DNA of 42,337 nt from a virus. Shown in pieces: positions 23,663-35,275 of the stretch. A model generated the notes under the pieces. It was not told where the DNA came from, did not search any database, and saw only the letters and a program-made list of their open reading frames with translations. Within the stretch, counting starts at the first letter, position 1. Each line of letters opens with the position of its first letter. The position numbers were made by a program, and so were the translations under genes. Where the stretch lies: IMG/VR virus record IMGVR_UViG_3300045988_126214; one strand, given 5' to 3'.

Positions 23663-26600
23663 ATGGCAGGAAAGAAAATTGGAATTGTACTTGCACTGGA
23701 CGGAGAAAGACAATTTTCACAGGGTGTATCAAATGCGAAAAAAGAAAGTGCAATGCTAAATTCTGAACTGAAAAAACTCAGCACAGAATATAAGGAAAAT
23801 GCCAATTCTCTTGAATTTCTGACTAAAAAGCAGGAAAACCTGTCAAAGCAGACTGAGAGTTATCAGAAAAGGGCGGAGTCTGCGAAAAAAGGATTGGAGA
23901 ATGCGCAGAAGGTATCGCAGAAAGCGGCGCAGAGATATGAAGAACTTTCCAAGGCATTGAAAGAGGCTGAAAAAGCCCAGGAAAACATGCAGAAATCTGG
24001 AAAGGATGGTACAAAAGAGTATCAGCAGCAGTCAAAGGAAGTGGAAAGCCTTCAGAAGGCTGTTGAAAAACAGGGATTGGAGTGCCAGAAGTGTGAAGGA
24101 AAAGTATCGGACTGGTCTAAAAAAGTTAGTGACGCCGAGAATGATATAGAAAAAAATAACCAGGCTTTAAAACAGAATGAGAAGTATCTGCAGGAAGCAC
24201 AAAATGCTACAGATAAATGTGCAAAGAGTATAAATGAGTACGGAAAAGAAACAACGACTGTGATTAGCACCACAAAAGAGTTTGGGGAAAGCTTGAAGGA
24301 AGGTTTTGGAGAAGCTTTAGCCGCAAAGGGCCTGGAACTTGCAGGAGAAGCTATTTCGGCAATTGGTGATAAGGCAAAGGAAGCAGCAGAGTATGTGGTG
24401 GAAGTCGGAAGTTCCTTTGAAGCTGGAATGAGTGAAGTGGAGGCTATCTCTGGAGCAACCGGATCAGAGCTGGAAGCACTGGAAAATAAGGCAAAGAGCC
24501 TTGGAAGTAGTACGAAATTCTCTGCAACGGAAGCAGCCAGCGCGATGACAAATATGTCCCTGGCCGGATGGTCTGTAAACCAGACTCTTTCTGGAATTGA
24601 TGGCGTTCTACAGTTGGCAGCCGCTTCCAATATGGATCTGGCAGATGCATCCCAGATTGTTACAGACAATATCAGTACTTTTAATCTGGAAGCTTCACAG
24701 TCAACCCATTTAGCAGATATGATGGCATATGCACAAGCAAACAGTTCTACTACAGCAGCAGAGCTGGGCGAGGCATACAAGAACTGTGGCGCCAACATGA
24801 ATGCCGCCGGTCAGGACATTGAGACTACAACCTCTTTCCTGGAGGCTTTGGCAAATAACGGACTCCGGAGCAGTGAAGCTGGTACCTCTCTTGCTGCTAT
24901 AATGAGAGATCTGACCAGCAAGATGAAAGATGGAAAGATCGCCATTGGTGATACTTCTGTTACCGTAATGGATTCTAACGGAAATTTCCGTGACATGACG
25001 GATGTATTGAAAGATGTAGAGTCTGCTACAGATGGAATGGGAGATGCCCAGAAGCAGGCGGCTCTTATGGCTACATTTACATCTGACTCCATTAAAGGCT
25101 TGAACATGCTTCTTAATACCGGAGCTGATCAGGTGGCTGGCTATGAGGAAAGCCTGAGAAATTGTTCAGGTGCGGCTTCTGATATGGCAGATACTATGCA
25201 GGATAACCTGCAGGGTAAACTGACAGAGCTTAGCTCTGCCACAGAGGGACTGGGAATTGCAGTGTATGATTACATTTCAGGTCCCTTACAGGACGGCGTG
25301 GAATTACTCACGGATGTTGTGTCTGGATTGACAGACGCGATTACGCCTCAGAAAGATGCAATGGAAGAGATGTATGATGACGTCATACAGTCTTCGCAGA
25401 AAGTAGCTGATAATGTACAGGCGATTGACGATCAGTTTACCGGAACCCTGAATTCCGTGGAAAATGTAGGCGCTCTGGCTGACAGACTGGAAGCACTGAA
25501 TAATGTCGAAGACCGTACAGCTGTTCAGAAACAGGAAATGGCGGCTATCGTAGATAAACTGTCAGAGTCCATTCCAGAACTGGCTGGTGCTTATGATGAT
25601 GAAAATGATAAACTGAGTGTAACTAATGATGAGCTGGAAAAACTGGTAGAAAACTATCAGCAAACAGCAATCCAACAGGCGGTAATTGCAGCCACACAGG
25701 ATTTAATCAATGAGTCTTTAGCGGCACAGGTACAGCTGGATAAAGCACAGGAACAGAAAAAAATCACTGAAGATAGAATGGAACTCTTGGAAAAAGAGAG
25801 AGAATTAATTGTAAAGCTCCAAGAGGAAAGACAGAAGGCCAGTGTAGATCCAAGCTATCAAGTTGATATTGATTTTCCAACAGAGAAAACAAAACTTTAT
25901 ACAGAGGCATTGGAAAAAGGTGCAATAACACAGGATGAATTTAATTATGCTATGGAACATCTAAGCGATAGTAGCAGCGAATTGGATTCACGTTTGGATG
26001 GTATTGATGGAAGAACAGTAGCATATGGTGATGCAACTGGAATAGCAGCTACGAGCATAGCTGATTGTGCAGAGAAAATGGAAGGATATTCTCAAGCAAT
26101 TGAGGAAAATCAAAAAACAATTGATAAATGCTCGGAAGAACAGGAAAGATATGCCAAAAGTGCAGAAAACATTACAAAAGTAAAAAAGGATAATACTGAA
26201 TCAACAGAAGACAATACAAAGGCACAAGAAGATAATGCTGATGCAATCCAAGCAACCGGCTTGGCGGCAGCAGGAGCTGGCACAGCCCTGGAAGGGTTCA
26301 ACAAAACTATGGAACGCTCCCAGGAAGCCGCGGATGCTGCTAAGACTGCCATGCGTCAGATCCTGGATGAATACAATTCCACCATGGATTCTATCAAGGC
26401 TGATTTGCAGGATAAAATCAGTTTTGCTGATAAATTTGACGGTGGAGATGATATTACCACAGAACAGATGAATGAGAACCTGCAGTCCTGGGTGGATGGA
26501 ATCCAGAACTATCAGCAGAATCTTCAGCGCCTCAAAGAAGCCACAGACGAGAGCGGGCAGGCAATCTTTTCAGCAGAATTTATCCAGGCAATCCAGGATC

Positions 26601-29600
26601 AGGGAACTGATGCAGCTAATATGCTCCAGCACATGGTATGGACTCTGGACAATCAGGGTGAGTACGGCGTAGAACAGTTGAAAGGCATATCCAAAAAGTG
26701 GACTGATGCCATGGATATATCAGAAGATACAGCAACTGTAATGGCAGCTAATAAGACCGCCTATGAGATGGCAATGGGAGATCTTGGTTCTTCAGATATT
26801 GATTTTTCTGATTTGCGCGAGTCCATTGATAACGCCGTTGCTTCAGCAGTGGAAGGCTGGGCTGAGCTTCCAGCAGCCACCCAGGAATCCCTCATGCAGA
26901 CCGTACAGATGGCGCAGGAATGTGGTGTACAGATCCCAGAGGGACTTGCAGATGGAATTGCAAGCGGTGAGATAACCCCTCAGCAGGCAATAGATCAGCT
27001 GAACGGGACTATTGAAGGAACAATCCAGGGCGTGGCAGAAATCGCCAATAAAGCGGGTATCCAGATTCCGGAAGAAATCCAGGCAGGAATTAATGCCGGT
27101 GGTACGCAGGCAGTATCCGCTATGCAGGAGCTTCTGGCACTGATCCAGCAGCAGGCAGCAGATGCACAGTCTGCAGGTGAAGATGTTGGTACTGCTGTAG
27201 GAGAAGGAACCCAGAATTCAATTAAAGATCAGCAGTCTGGCGTTGAACAGGCTGGTGGCGAGATGGCGTCCGCCGGAGCAAAGGCAGCCGAAGAGAAAAA
27301 AGGCGAATATGAAAAAGCCGGAAGCGTAGCTGCTCAGCAGTACCAGACAGGTATCAATTCTGGAAAAAGTGGTGCAATCAGTGCAGCTGGAACCATGGCA
27401 GGACAGGCGGCATCTGCTGTTAGGACCTATCAGAATAGCTTTTACACTGCGGGATATAACGCAGCTGCTGGTGTAGCACAAGGTATATCAGCAGGCCAGT
27501 CCCAGGTCATCAGCGCTTCAATAAGAATGATCAATGCAGGTATTGCCGCAGCCAAGGCAGCAGCAGAGATCCATTCTCCATCAAAGAAATTTGAGAAAGA
27601 AGTCGGCTATCAGTTACCTGCAGGTACTGCATCTGGTATAACTAAAAACACAAAGGTAGCAACTGCAGCCGCTGGAAAAATGTCAAAGGCTGTGTTGAAA
27701 AACGCCACAAGCTGGCTTAAGCAATACAATAAGAGCCATGAAGTGTCCTTGGACAATGAAAAATGGTACTGGCAGCAGATACGTGATACAGCTGTGAAAG
27801 GATCCACAGCCTATAAACAGGCAACCTCTCAACTTAATAAGCTTAACAGCAGTTCCACGATCAGCAAGGCACTGAGCAGCAGTATAAAGAACAATTTTGG
27901 CGTATCCAAAGAAAAAGTTACCGGATCCGGAGATAATCAAAAGAAAACTACTAAGGACGCAGAAACTTATAATTCTGAAGTCCTCAGTGCTGCTGAAAAA
28001 CGGCTGGAAAAGTACAAGACATTACATGCTGCCTCTTTAGCCCAGGAGAAAAATTACTGGACCACCGTTCGAAAGAATTTAAAGAGCGGAACTGATGCCT
28101 GGTATGAAGCAACACAGAAGATCCAGGAACTGGACACTCAGATCTACGAGGAAAAGCAGGAGAAACAGGAAGAGGCAGCCAAAGCCAGAGAGGAAGCTGC
28201 AAAGACCCAGGCTTCAGTACAGAAATCCCTTCTGGAGACCTACCAGACCTATTATTCTATGTCCGCCAGGGCAGAGATGGAATATTGGGATATTGCCAGA
28301 AAACAGTTCACAGCCGGCATGGATGAGCGCATAGAAGCAGATAAAAAGTACCTGGAAGCCAAAGAAGATTACGAAAAAGAAAAGCTGCAGCTTGATGAAG
28401 ATTACAATGATAAGCGGGAAAAGCTTGAAAAAGAACTAAATGAGACCATACAGGAACTGGAAGAAAAAAGGGACAGTGCCATAGCTGATCGGAAGAAAGA
28501 CATCCTTTCATCCATGAATAACTATGATGCCTGGGATGCTTCCGGATATACTGCAGATCGTCTGATTTACAATATGAATACCCAGGTTGAGGGACTGAAA
28601 CTGTGGGAAACCCAGTTGCAGGAACTGAGCGGAAAGGGACTTTCAGAGGGGCTGCTGCAGGAACTGAAAGACGCAGGACCAGAAGCAACCGCCAATATTT
28701 ACAGCCTGAATCAGATGACTGCAGAGCAGCTGGATGAATTTAACAAGCTTTGGGAAGAAAAGCAGGAGATAGCAGACCGGCAGGCAAAAAAAGATACACA
28801 GGCTACGCGGGATGCTATTGACCAGCAGATAAGTGACACCAAGAAAGACTATAAGAAGCAGCTGGATGATCTGGCAGCTGAAAATGCTTCGGCTGTTGCG
28901 AAACTAAATGAGGGACTATCTACCGGCTTGCAGTCCCTGGTGGAACAGGCTGGCCAGATTGGTGAGGATATTGTAGGTAACCTGATCGCTGGCATTCAGA
29001 AAGCTGGCACAGGTGGAACTTTGCTTGACGTAAATGTAACTCCGAATGGCAGCACTGCATCTGGCACGGCCTCTTCTGGATCCGGTGGAACAGATACATC
29101 CAGCACTGCTTCTTCAAGCTCAGCTTCCTCTGGGACAACATCTGAAATTGCGCCCGCGCAAAAAGCAGAGCTGGAGGCCGTGACCGCAGGTGTAGCGGAA
29201 GAACCGGCAGAAATTACAGAAGTACAAAAGCTGATCAATGCAAGTAAAGCCCATAAGAAATCAGTATCAGATGCTGAGAAAAAGAAGCATTCGGATCTGT
29301 GGCAGTACATTGTTAAGAACTACGGCCGGAGCGTCAACGATTCCACAGTTAAAAAGATTGCGGATGCTCTTAGCGTGGAAGCCGACAAAAATCCTACATC
29401 AGCGCAGAAAAAAGCAATTCTGGCCGCTATGAAAAAGAACGGCCTGAAGACCGGTACTCAAAACGTCATAGAGGATCAGCTGGCGTGGTTATTTGAAAAT
29501 AACGCCCAGGAATATGTTCTCCGTAAGTCCGATGGCGCGATCATGCAGAACATGCTCACCGGGGACAAGGTAATTAACCCACAGGGAGCAGAAAACCTTT

Positions 29601-29935
29601 ATAATTTTGCCATGAATCCGGATCAGTTCCTGGAATCCAGATCTTCCCTGGAGGTAGGAGCGGCTGGAGTCGAGAAACTTAACCGTTTGATCCAGCAGCA
29701 GTCAGAGCACCAGGCGAAGTTATCAGGAAGCTATCGAAGTGATAACTCCGAAATACTGAGCAAAATGGATTCCATGATGAGTACGATGGAGTCCATGATG
29801 GAGAACATGGCAAGCTCCATGAAGAACTTAAAAGTATTCATGGATAAAGATAAGCTGGTCGGAGAACTCAGGGAAGACATGAACATAAAAAATGAAATGG
29901 CAGCCACAAGATACACAAGGGGGCGTCTGAGATGA
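23663..29935 (+). CDS. Tail tape measure protein (2090 aa)
   Basis: Position and size. Long coiled coils and the typical central TMP region (AMTNMSLAGW...). ATG 23663 follows GGGAGGA. Confidence 0.92.
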   Translation: MAGKKIGIVLALDGERQFSQGVSNAKKESAMLNSELKKLSTEYKENANSLEFLTKKQENLSKQTESYQKRAESAKKGLENAQKVSQKAAQRYEELSKALKEAEKAQENMQKSGKDGTKEYQQQSKEVESLQKAVEKQGLECQKCEGKVSDWSKKVSDAENDIEKNNQALKQNEKYLQEAQNATDKCAKSINEYGKETTTVISTTKEFGESLKEGFGEALAAKGLELAGEAISAIGDKAKEAAEYVVEVGSSFEAGMSEVEAISGATGSELEALENKAKSLGSSTKFSATEAASAMTNMSLAGWSVNQTLSGIDGVLQLAAASNMDLADASQIVTDNISTFNLEASQSTHLADMMAYAQANSSTTAAELGEAYKNCGANMNAAGQDIETTTSFLEALANNGLRSSEAGTSLAAIMRDLTSKMKDGKIAIGDTSVTVMDSNGNFRDMTDVLKDVESATDGMGDAQKQAALMATFTSDSIKGLNMLLNTGADQVAGYEESLRNCSGAASDMADTMQDNLQGKLTELSSATEGLGIAVYDYISGPLQDGVELLTDVVSGLTDAITPQKDAMEEMYDDVIQSSQKVADNVQAIDDQFTGTLNSVENVGALADRLEALNNVEDRTAVQKQEMAAIVDKLSESIPELAGAYDDENDKLSVTNDELEKLVENYQQTAIQQAVIAATQDLINESLAAQVQLDKAQEQKKITEDRMELLEKERELIVKLQEERQKASVDPSYQVDIDFPTEKTKLYTEALEKGAITQDEFNYAMEHLSDSSSELDSRLDGIDGRTVAYGDATGIAATSIADCAEKMEGYSQAIEENQKTIDKCSEEQERYAKSAENITKVKKDNTESTEDNTKAQEDNADAIQATGLAAAGAGTALEGFNKTMERSQEAADAAKTAMRQILDEYNSTMDSIKADLQDKISFADKFDGGDDITTEQMNENLQSWVDGIQNYQQNLQRLKEATDESGQAIFSAEFIQAIQDQGTDAANMLQHMVWTLDNQGEYGVEQLKGISKKWTDAMDISEDTATVMAANKTAYEMAMGDLGSSDIDFSDLRESIDNAVASAVEGWAELPAATQESLMQTVQMAQECGVQIPEGLADGIASGEITPQQAIDQLNGTIEGTIQGVAEIANKAGIQIPEEIQAGINAGGTQAVSAMQELLALIQQQAADAQSAGEDVGTAVGEGTQNSIKDQQSGVEQAGGEMASAGAKAAEEKKGEYEKAGSVAAQQYQTGINSGKSGAISAAGTMAGQAASAVRTYQNSFYTAGYNAAAGVAQGISAGQSQVISASIRMINAGIAAAKAAAEIHSPSKKFEKEVGYQLPAGTASGITKNTKVATAAAGKMSKAVLKNATSWLKQYNKSHEVSLDNEKWYWQQIRDTAVKGSTAYKQATSQLNKLNSSSTISKALSSSIKNNFGVSKEKVTGSGDNQKKTTKDAETYNSEVLSAAEKRLEKYKTLHAASLAQEKNYWTTVRKNLKSGTDAWYEATQKIQELDTQIYEEKQEKQEEAAKAREEAAKTQASVQKSLLETYQTYYSMSARAEMEYWDIARKQFTAGMDERIEADKKYLEAKEDYEKEKLQLDEDYNDKREKLEKELNETIQELEEKRDSAIADRKKDILSSMNNYDAWDASGYTADRLIYNMNTQVEGLKLWETQLQELSGKGLSEGLLQELKDAGPEATANIYSLNQMTAEQLDEFNKLWEEKQEIADRQAKKDTQATRDAIDQQISDTKKDYKKQLDDLAAENASAVAKLNEGLSTGLQSLVEQAGQIGEDIVGNLIAGIQKAGTGGTLLDVNVTPNGSTASGTASSGSGGTDTSSTASSSSASSGTTSEIAPAQKAELEAVTAGVAEEPAEITEVQKLINASKAHKKSVSDAEKKKHSDLWQYIVKNYGRSVNDSTVKKIADALSVEADKNPTSAQKKAILAAMKKNGLKTGTQNVIEDQLAWLFENNAQEYVLRKSDGAIMQNMLTGDKVINPQGAENLYNFAMNPDQFLESRSSLEVGAAGVEKLNRLIQQQSEHQAKLSGSYRSDNSEILSKMDSMMSTMESMMENMASSMKNLKVFMDKDKLVGELREDMNIKNEMAATRYTRGRLR

Positions 29936-30690
29936 ATATAAATGGCTGGGACATATCCGGAGCACAGGCCAAACAGTGGAACGTGACTCCGGGATTTTCC
30001 GATATTGAAAATGAAAGCGAATGGCAGAGGGGAAGCCCACTGCCGTTTTTCATTAATGGATCAATCGGGTGGAAGACAATACGGATCACCTTCCTGGTAT
30101 ACGGCTCTGATCGAAATGAGATCTTGCAGAATTGCAGCACCCTGCTTTCCCATATGATGTCCGAGTCGGTCACCTTGGAACTGGATAAGTTCGATCACAA
30201 GTTTTGCGGGTTTATGAGCAAGCATGATTTTACAGAAAACCCGCTTGCCCGTCTGAAGGTGACATCCAACAGGCTGAGCAAGCTCACCGTTGATTTTTCC
30301 TGCTATGAGTTTGCTGAACAGCCAAACGGTTCACCGTTTTCGGAGTCCGCTTCCGGGATGCTGGAGACAGTAGTTACAAATCCTGGGAACATCCGGACGC
30401 CTTGTATGGTAGAGATTACGCCAAAGGTGGGAATGGAACAGCTGACAATAACTGGAATAAACCGAAATCTAGATACAGGAGAAAACCTTCGGGTGGTAAT
30501 AAGAAGCCTTACTGCTAACAGTACTGTGATTTTAGACGGAGAAAGTGGGAAGATTACAGAAAATGGGGCTAACAAAGCAGCAGATGTTGATATTTGGAGC
30601 CTGCCGATCCTTTTACCAGGGGAAACAAGGATTACCTTAGACAGCACATGGACAGACATGACTGTGAAATATAGACCAAGATTTATGTAG
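29932..30690 (+). CDS. Distal tail protein (Dit)
   Basis: Follows the tape measure with an ATGA overlap. 252 aa, typical for a siphovirus Dit. Confidence 0.75.
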   Translation: MNINGWDISGAQAKQWNVTPGFSDIENESEWQRGSPLPFFINGSIGWKTIRITFLVYGSDRNEILQNCSTLLSHMMSESVTLELDKFDHKFCGFMSKHDFTENPLARLKVTSNRLSKLTVDFSCYEFAEQPNGSPFSESASGMLETVVTNPGNIRTPCMVEITPKVGMEQLTITGINRNLDTGENLRVVIRSLTANSTVILDGESGKITENGANKAADVDIWSLPILLPGETRITLDSTWTDMTVKYRPRFM

Positions 30691-30701
30691 GAGGAAAAAA
30701 C

Positions 30702-31154
30702 ATGACAAACCAGGAAATGTTAAACGCTTATAACGGATTAAAACTTTTTCAGGAAAAAGAAGCACAGATTTATAAAGAAGATGGAAAGAAAATTTTATCT
30801 GGAAAGATAAAACTGAGCTATGCCATTAATAAAAACACGAACTTATTGCTTAACGCATTAAAACCTTATGAAGATACCCGTAAGGAGTTAATGGAAGAAT
30901 ACCGGGATCTTGAACAGGAGGAAAAGGCAATTGAAGAGGAAAAAAAGCGAGCTGAACAGGAAAAGAGAGCCCCCGGAAATGTGGATATCATTCTTAAAGA
31001 AGGAAAAAGTGTAAAAGAGCTCAACCAAAAGATTCAGGAACTTCTGGGACTGGAAATGGATTTTGAGGTGCATAAGGTATCCCTGGAAGAATTTGATGGG
31101 CTTGATATTGGAAGTTGGGAATTAGGCATTTTTATGTTTATGATTGAAGACTAA
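30702..31154 (+). CDS. 150-aa coiled-coil hypothetical protein between Dit and Tal
   Basis: Track ORF with RBS GGAGGAAAAAAC. Confidence 0.65.
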   Translation: MTNQEMLNAYNGLKLFQEKEAQIYKEDGKKILSGKIKLSYAINKNTNLLLNALKPYEDTRKELMEEYRDLEQEEKAIEEEKKRAEQEKRAPGNVDIILKEGKSVKELNQKIQELLGLEMDFEVHKVSLEEFDGLDIGSWELGIFMFMIED

Positions 31155-31168
31155 ACGGAGGCGGCCCT

Positions 31169-34100
31169 ATGCTTAAGATATATGATACGAACCACAATGC
31201 CATAGGGCATATTGTCAAATACAAGGATCTGAAGGTTGCGAGCGACGTTACAACTGGCGATCAGACTCTTTCTTTTACATACATGGCAAGACATCATGAA
31301 ATCTGTGAAGAGTATTATATTGAGACTCAGGATGCTGAGTATGTAGTAAAAGAAAAGAGTGTAAGCACAGATGGATTCCTCTCCTTTGTTGCGGTACTGA
31401 ACCTGGAAGAACTGGAGGCGAAGCCCTGGAGCTCCTTTGGCATTACGGATTCCACAATAGAAGATGCGGCCAAGCTTGCTCTGGCTGGATCCGGCTGGAC
31501 GGTTGGCGAATGTACCGTAACCAAGAAAAGAAATGCAGGGATATTGCAGACAAATACGCTTGGAGTAATTCAGAAGCTGTGTACTGCATTTATGTGTGAA
31601 GTCGTTTATGATACCAAGAAAAAGACAGTATCCTTTTACGATCAGGTTGGCCAGGATAAAGGGAACTTTTTCCTCACAGGGCTTAACCTGAAACGGTTAC
31701 AGAGGAAGGGCAGCACCTACGACTATTATACGAGAATTATCCCTATTGGCCAGGACGGGCTTACCATCGAGTCCGTGAACGATGGGAAGAATTACCTGGA
31801 AAATTACCAGTACACGAATAAGGTGAAGACCTACATCTGGAAAGACGAATCTTATACAGATGCTGCAGCCATGAAAGAGGATGCAGAAGCGAAGCTGAAA
31901 GATCTGTCAAAGCCGGAAGTATCATACAGTGCTGATATTATTGATCTGGCCAAACAAAGAGCTGGATACGATGATTTTTCTTTTTCCCTGGGAGATACAA
32001 TCACCCTGATCGATGCCGCCACCGGGATCCGGGAAAAGCAGCGGATCATCAAGCTTACACAATATCCACAGGACCATACCAAAGATGAGTGCGAACTGGC
32101 CAATAAGCTTCCCTCATTCGAAGAGGCCAGGGAGAAGCTCCAGGCCGCCCAGGAAATTATTAACACCGTAATCAGTGATGATGGACGGTACACGGGGACT
32201 ATCAATGTATCGGATATTTTGCATTTTGACGAGGGTGTATATGGCAGCAGTGCGGTGGGAAATCTGCAGGGGTTGTACAATACTCTGGACGGGAGCTTAT
32301 CAGAACTGAAACTGGCGGTAGGACAGATCGAGTCAAACTATATCAAGACAGAAGAGGCTGATATTAAGTTTGCCACCATTGAAAGTCTGAAAGCACTTGA
32401 GGCAGAAACTACCAGCATTAAGTCTAAATACGCGGAATTTGAGAGTACCGTTACGGATGAACTGGCGGCTAACAAAGCGTTAATCAATGAGCTGGATGTA
32501 AAAAAGATTAACGCCGCAGACGCTGATTTGAAATACGCAAGCATTGATTTCTCCAATATTGGCATAGCGGCTATGGAGAAATTCTATTCAGAATCTGGCT
32601 TGATTAAGAATGTAGTGGTCGGCGACCAGACTATTACTGGCGAATTGGTCGGTGTAACTATCAAAGGTGATCTGATCGAGGGTAACACCATCAAGGCAGA
32701 TAAGCTGGTCATTAAGGGGGAAGATGGCCTTTACTACAAGCTTAATACCAACGGATCAGGAGTAACTTCGGAGCAGACTGACTATAACAGTTTGAACGGT
32801 ACTGTTATCCAGGCCAAGAGTATCACAGCAGATAAAGTGGCGGTGACCGACTTGGTAGCTTTTGGTGCTGACATCGGTGGAAACCATATCGGACACGACT
32901 GCATATATTCCGGAGCTAAGACTTCTGCGCTCAATACCACCAGAGGATTCTATCTCGGCTCAGATGGCCAGGTAGGATTTGGCGATACGAATGAGTATAT
33001 TCAGTTCTATAAAGGCGATGACGGGAACTTTCACCTGAGAATTAGTGCTGGCGATATTTTGTTTGGTAAGAGTAAGAAGACTGTAGAGAGCGCAATTACT
33101 GAGATCGACACTAAGGTTAATAACGTTAAGTCCATTGTTGGAACCACATACACTTACCAGGTTGGTACTAGCATGACAGATGTTCCTACAGGGGAATGGC
33201 TAACTTCAATGCCTAACGTACCACAGGGACAGTATCTCTGGACAAAAGAGACCACCTTATATTCAGACGCAACCACCTCCGTAGGCTATATCGCTACCAG
33301 GATGGGTGTTGATGGTGCTGGTGGAGCTACCGGACCGGCTGGACCACAGGGACCCCAAGGTGAAAAAGGAGAGAAAGGTGATACTGGAGAGCAAGGACCC
33401 CAGGGTGATACCGGCGCAACAGGTCCACAGGGACCTCAAGGTAACCAAGGAATACAAGGTGTGAAAGGTGATACTGGTGCGACTGGACCACAAGGCCCCC
33501 AAGGTAACCAAGGAATACAAGGAGTAAAGGGTGATATGGGTGCCACTGGCCCAATCGGACCACAAGGACCCCAGGGTAACCAGGGGCCGACCGGACCTCA
33601 GGGACCAACTGGTGCCACGGGACCGACCGGTGCCACTGGTGCTATGGGGCCTCAAGGTCCTAAAGGCGATGGACTTGACGTCAAAGACACTAGAAGCACA
33701 AATCAAACGCCGCTTTGGTATATACAAAATTTCCCGATGACCACAGTAAATGAGTTGAAATTAGCAAATACGATTGGTCTAACTGGTGAAAACTTCTGTC
33801 TTTTAATAACATGCGTGCCATGGCGAGATGCTTCCGGCGGATATCCTAAGCAGACTGCAAAGATTGATGGTCGTGAATTATGGCGAATCGGTATTAGTGA
33901 TACGCAATGGAGTACATGGAATGACGCATACACCCTTGCAAATTCTGTTGATATGGGTATAGCCGCTTGGTGTTATAACAACGATCGTACTTATATTAAT
34001 GGCGGACGATTGTACGCTGGTTCGGTTACCGCTGTTCAAATGGCTGCTAATTCTATAACAACTGAAAAAATTGCGGCTGGTTCGGTTACCGCTGATAAAA

Positions 34101-35245
34101 TTGACGTTGTCAGTTTGTTTGCAAAAGACATCGAGGCATCCGGTTCTATATCTGGTGTTAAAATAGTTGCTAGAGAGATTACTGCAAATCAGTCATACTC
34201 TATATTTAACGGCACAAACAGTCAGAAAATCTTATATTTTGATGGATCGTCTATCAAATTAGGAAAAATGGGAACTGGAACATCTATACAAGGTGGCGCC
34301 GGATTCGAGTTTTTTGATAAGACGGTCACGATGTATGGTGATCTGAGTTTATACAGTGGCGATATTACCACTACTGGCAATGTGCAGGGAAAAACAATAA
34401 CTGCGACTGCAGACATGAATACTAATACCATATATGCATCTAATTGGTTTAGATCGCGCGGTACTACAGGATGGTATAGTGAGGATTATGGTGGTGGCTG
34501 GTATATGACGGATTCCGATTGGATTCGGGCATATAACGGAAAAGGTATAACCACCAATGGCAATATGTCCATTGGTGGATATATTCAGAGTAACAGCATA
34601 ATAAATACAACATATGAGTATCAGTCCAATAGAGGTTCGGTAGACTGGCGCTTTAGTGCGGCAACAGGTACAGGTGATGAAAATTTCTTTAGCTTTTATA
34701 AAGCTAACAATGGAATGATTCCACTGGCAATTGATGGAAATTTCGGAAACATTTACGTTGGGTTCAATGTGGGAGGTTCAGATTCGAAGACTGCTGTAGG
34801 AGTTTATCTTGGCGATCAAGTGGCTGGAGGTAGAGCTTTTATCTATCACGGAGATTCATACGCTGGGTCAATTTGGATTCAAACCAGACTTGATGGTTCA
34901 TGGAAATGGTTTAGTCTCGGAAGAGCATGTAGTGCAGCTCTTTCTGATATTCGACTAAAAGGCGATATAAGAGACGCCGAAGTACAAGACGCAACAAAAG
35001 TTATTGAAGCAATGCAAATTCATTCTTTTGAAAGAAAAGATTCTCATAAAAAATACAAGATTGGCTTTATAGCAGACGAACTCGAACAGCTTGACCCTAA
35101 CCTTGTCGATGGAGGCGGAGAAGTTGACGGACATCCATATTATAAATCTGTCAATAATTTGCAGTTGCTTGCGTATGTTGTAAAAGCAATGCAAGAGCTC
35201 AATCAAAGAGTGGATAAGCTAGAAAAAGAAAATGAAGAACTTTAA
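31169..35245 (+). CDS. Tail-associated lysin/fibre protein (Tal N-domain, collagen-like repeats, C-terminal S74 intramolecular chaperone)
   Basis: N-terminus [13 protein letters not shown]... of phage minor structural proteins. About 120 aa of G-X-Y triplets. C-terminal [10 protein letters not shown]...[12 protein letters not shown]...[12 protein letters not shown] is the S74 autoprocessing signature. Confidence 0.88.
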   Translation: MLKIYDTNHNAIGHIVKYKDLKVASDVTTGDQTLSFTYMARHHEICEEYYIETQDAEYVVKEKSVSTDGFLSFVAVLNLEELEAKPWSSFGITDSTIEDAAKLALAGSGWTVGECTVTKKRNAGILQTNTLGVIQKLCTAFMCEVVYDTKKKTVSFYDQVGQDKGNFFLTGLNLKRLQRKGSTYDYYTRIIPIGQDGLTIESVNDGKNYLENYQYTNKVKTYIWKDESYTDAAAMKEDAEAKLKDLSKPEVSYSADIIDLAKQRAGYDDFSFSLGDTITLIDAATGIREKQRIIKLTQYPQDHTKDECELANKLPSFEEAREKLQAAQEIINTVISDDGRYTGTINVSDILHFDEGVYGSSAVGNLQGLYNTLDGSLSELKLAVGQIESNYIKTEEADIKFATIESLKALEAETTSIKSKYAEFESTVTDELAANKALINELDVKKINAADADLKYASIDFSNIGIAAMEKFYSESGLIKNVVVGDQTITGELVGVTIKGDLIEGNTIKADKLVIKGEDGLYYKLNTNGSGVTSEQTDYNSLNGTVIQAKSITADKVAVTDLVAFGADIGGNHIGHDCIYSGAKTSALNTTRGFYLGSDGQVGFGDTNEYIQFYKGDDGNFHLRISAGDILFGKSKKTVESAITEIDTKVNNVKSIVGTTYTYQVGTSMTDVPTGEWLTSMPNVPQGQYLWTKETTLYSDATTSVGYIATRMGVDGAGGATGPAGPQGPQGEKGEKGDTGEQGPQGDTGATGPQGPQGNQGIQGVKGDTGATGPQGPQGNQGIQGVKGDMGATGPIGPQGPQGNQGPTGPQGPTGATGPTGATGAMGPQGPKGDGLDVKDTRSTNQTPLWYIQNFPMTTVNELKLANTIGLTGENFCLLITCVPWRDASGGYPKQTAKIDGRELWRIGISDTQWSTWNDAYTLANSVDMGIAAWCYNNDRTYINGGRLYAGSVTAVQMAANSITTEKIAAGSVTADKIDVVSLFAKDIEASGSISGVKIVAREITANQSYSIFNGTNSQKILYFDGSSIKLGKMGTGTSIQGGAGFEFFDKTVTMYGDLSLYSGDITTTGNVQGKTITATADMNTNTIYASNWFRSRGTTGWYSEDYGGGWYMTDSDWIRAYNGKGITTNGNMSIGGYIQSNSIINTTYEYQSNRGSVDWRFSAATGTGDENFFSFYKANNGMIPLAIDGNFGNIYVGFNVGGSDSKTAVGVYLGDQVAGGRAFIYHGDSYAGSIWIQTRLDGSWKWFSLGRACSAALSDIRLKGDIRDAEVQDATKVIEAMQIHSFERKDSHKKYKIGFIADELEQLDPNLVDGGGEVDGHPYYKSVNNLQLLAYVVKAMQELNQRVDKLEKENEEL
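33404..33529 (+). repeat. Two tandem 63-bp units that both encode [21 protein letters not shown]
   Basis: Codon-by-codon comparison gives 11 synonymous and 0 nonsynonymous differences. Confidence 0.85.
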
Positions 35246-35275
35246 AGAAAACTTTATTCATAGGAGGATAATATC

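Noticed and set aside
24052-24798. Long antisense ORFs inside the tape measure gene (for example 24052-24798, 248 aa) and others opposite real genes, including 10129-10809, 8236-8679, 8760-9302, 22049-22618, 33263-33727, 4351-4788 and 15908-16348
   Set aside because: They have no RBS and low-complexity or Ser/Cys/Phe-rich translations. They lie fully inside well-supported sense-strand genes with recognisable functions, which is the typical shadow-ORF pattern.
33311-33672. Repetitive collagen-like tract considered as a diversity-generating retroelement target or hypervariable region
   Set aside because: There is no reverse transcriptase and no template repeat elsewhere in the genome. The differences between repeats are purely synonymous rather than adenine-directed.
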